A stretch of DNA of 64,000 nucleotides from Camelus dromedarius. Lineage: Eukaryota. Of this stretch, positions 62,425-64,000 are shown piece after piece (position 1 is the stretch's first letter; each line of letters opens with the position of its first letter). The DNA lies in contig NC_087436.1 in the NCBI RefSeq assembly GCF_036321535.1, forward strand, positions 12,028,001-12,092,000, given 5' to 3'. The position numbers were made by a program, and so were the translations under genes. The notes below the pieces were generated by a model. It was given only the letters and a program-made list of their open reading frames with translations, did no database searches and was not told where the DNA came from.

Positions 62425-62832
62425 TTGAGGGCATTATACTAAGTGAAATTAGACAGACAAAGACAAATATGCTCTGATTTCTCTTATATGTGGAATTCAA
62501 AAACCTGAACTGATAAAAACAGAGAACAGATGGATGCAGGTGGCCAGAGGGTACAAACTTCCAGTTAGAAGAGAAGTAGGGTCTGGGGATGTAATGTGCA
62601 GCTCAGTGACTAGAGTTAACACACTGTACTATATATTTGAAAGCTGCGAGAGTACATCTGAGAAGTTCTCATCACAAGATAAAAGCTTGTAATTATGAAA
62701 GGTGATGGACTTTAACTAAACCTATTGTGATATTCATTGTGCAATGTATGCATATATCAAGTCAGTATGTTGCCTCCCTTAAATTAATACAATATTATAT
62801 GTCAGTTGTATCTTAATAACACTGGGAAAAAA
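62425..62832 (+). mobile_element. LINE-1 3' end (intermediate age)
   Basis: ttgagggcattatactaagtgaaat, gggtacaaacttccagtta, gtctggggatgtaatgtgcagc, gtcagttgtatcttaataacactgggaaaaaa. Confidence 0.88.
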
Positions 62833-62914
62833 TCTTCGCCAATAAGGCCTCACTTTATGTCACAGACAACTACAAGAGTTGTTTAAATACCACAAATATC
62901 ACAGTCTTTATGGG

Positions 62915-63085
62915 AAACAGATTGGTTTGGAATCCCAATTCTATGACTTACTAGTTAAGGGAACTTGGGCAAATAGCTTAGCCTTTTTGAATCCTAAATG
63001 GTTAGATTGAAAGAGTGTTACTGTAAGAATTGACATGACGTACTTTGTATTAAGTATTTAGCACAATGCCTGGCACATAGCATTC
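62915..63085 (+). mobile_element. MIR SINE fragment
   Basis: ggtttggaatcccaattctatgacttactagtt..aacttgggcaaatagcttagcc...tttagcacaatgcctggcacatag. Confidence 0.8.
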
Positions 63086-64000
63086 CTATTGTGCTGATGT
63101 GAACACAACAGTTGAATTAACTTCATTAGCAGGTGGACATTGGTCAGAATTCTGCGGTAAGTTAGACCTTTTTGTATTCTTCACACTGCCGAGTAGGAAT
63201 TTTCCTGGTGTGCATTAGGGTTGCTAACTCAAAGCATTGTTTTTCTCTCTGGTGGTAAGTAAAGCCCCCAAAAGGCTTAGAAACTTGCCTTAGGCTGAGG
63301 TGGGCGCTGGGTACGTCTGTACAAGATGCTGGATGTTCACGTGCCTCCTCGAGGCTTCCCAAGAGACAGAAGTACCAGTTAATGGGCAGCAGAGAGCTAG
63401 CAATTAATGCACTCTTGAGCATGACATCCAAAGTCACATGTACAATGCCTAGTTAATACATTGCTTCAGACCATAGACCAGTATTTGCTTATAAATGTAA
63501 GTGAAGATGGATGTCTTGATTTCCAGACATAAACCTATTCTTGGCCACATCGACTTCAGGGTATTTCAGATCTTGTAAGCAAAGCAGTAGAAGATTTGTT
63601 GTGATTATTTTAAAATTACTACTCCTCCTACAGCTTTTGACATTTATAAGCAATTCAGCTGTTTCTTAAACATGATTTTATAGATTGTTCTAGGTTTGGC
63701 ATTGCACTTGCTTCTTGGCATAGCACTATGATACTATTTTTAAAAATGAGTGTGACAGTGTAGATACTGAAATGGAAACATAGAGCCAAAGTGAAGCTTG
63801 GATTCAATTGGAAGAATAAAAAGGCTGACATTCAAATATCAATGGATACCCAACTCACTTTTTTTTCCACTGTAATATTTACTTTAAAAATCTAAGTTAC
63901 TATCACATTAAACAATATAAATTAAATATCAATTTAATTTCGATCACAGATAATATTCTTAAGTGCTTTAATTTTAATTTTAAAGCTGCCTGTTAATGAC

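Noticed and set aside
63162..63437. 91-aa minus-strand ORF near the right end
   Set aside because: No recognisable domain, non-ATG start in the track, and no flanking splice signals on that strand that I can support.
1..64000. A novel multi-gene system, CRISPR array, rRNA or tRNA genes
   Set aside because: No long intact ORFs, no repeat-spacer periodicity and no structured RNA gene signatures were seen; the window is repeat-rich mammalian non-coding DNA.

Overview
This window is AT-rich placental-mammal genomic DNA, so prokaryotic features (operons, CRISPR, rRNA, tRNA) are not expected and none was seen. A large part is decayed transposable elements: L1, L2, MIR, MaLR/ERVL LTRs, Tigger1 and a MER33-like element. 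The youngest L1 3' ends resemble, from memory, camelid L1, and I see no Alu, Bov-A or PRE-type SINEs, so a camelid host is a tentative inference. The only credible gene-like signal is a CpG-rich patch at about 32.3-33.0 kb containing a candidate minus-strand first coding exon (MILKNISMGWLGCLFRRLGF, then AG|GTAAGA) that I cannot name. Almost all ORFs in the supplied track are L1 or Tigger1 remnants or chance ORFs. I found no evidence of a new biological system. The best-supported observations are structural: a four-layer nest (old L1 > Tigger1 > full-length L1 with a probable 3' transduction > young L1), two neighbouring 5'-inverted L1 insertions, a decayed two-LTR ERVL-class element inside an L2, a perfect 65-bp duplication about 1 kb apart, and a recursive-splice-site-like motif. 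Repeat subfamily names come from recall of consensus sequences, not from a search, and boundaries of old repeats are approximate.
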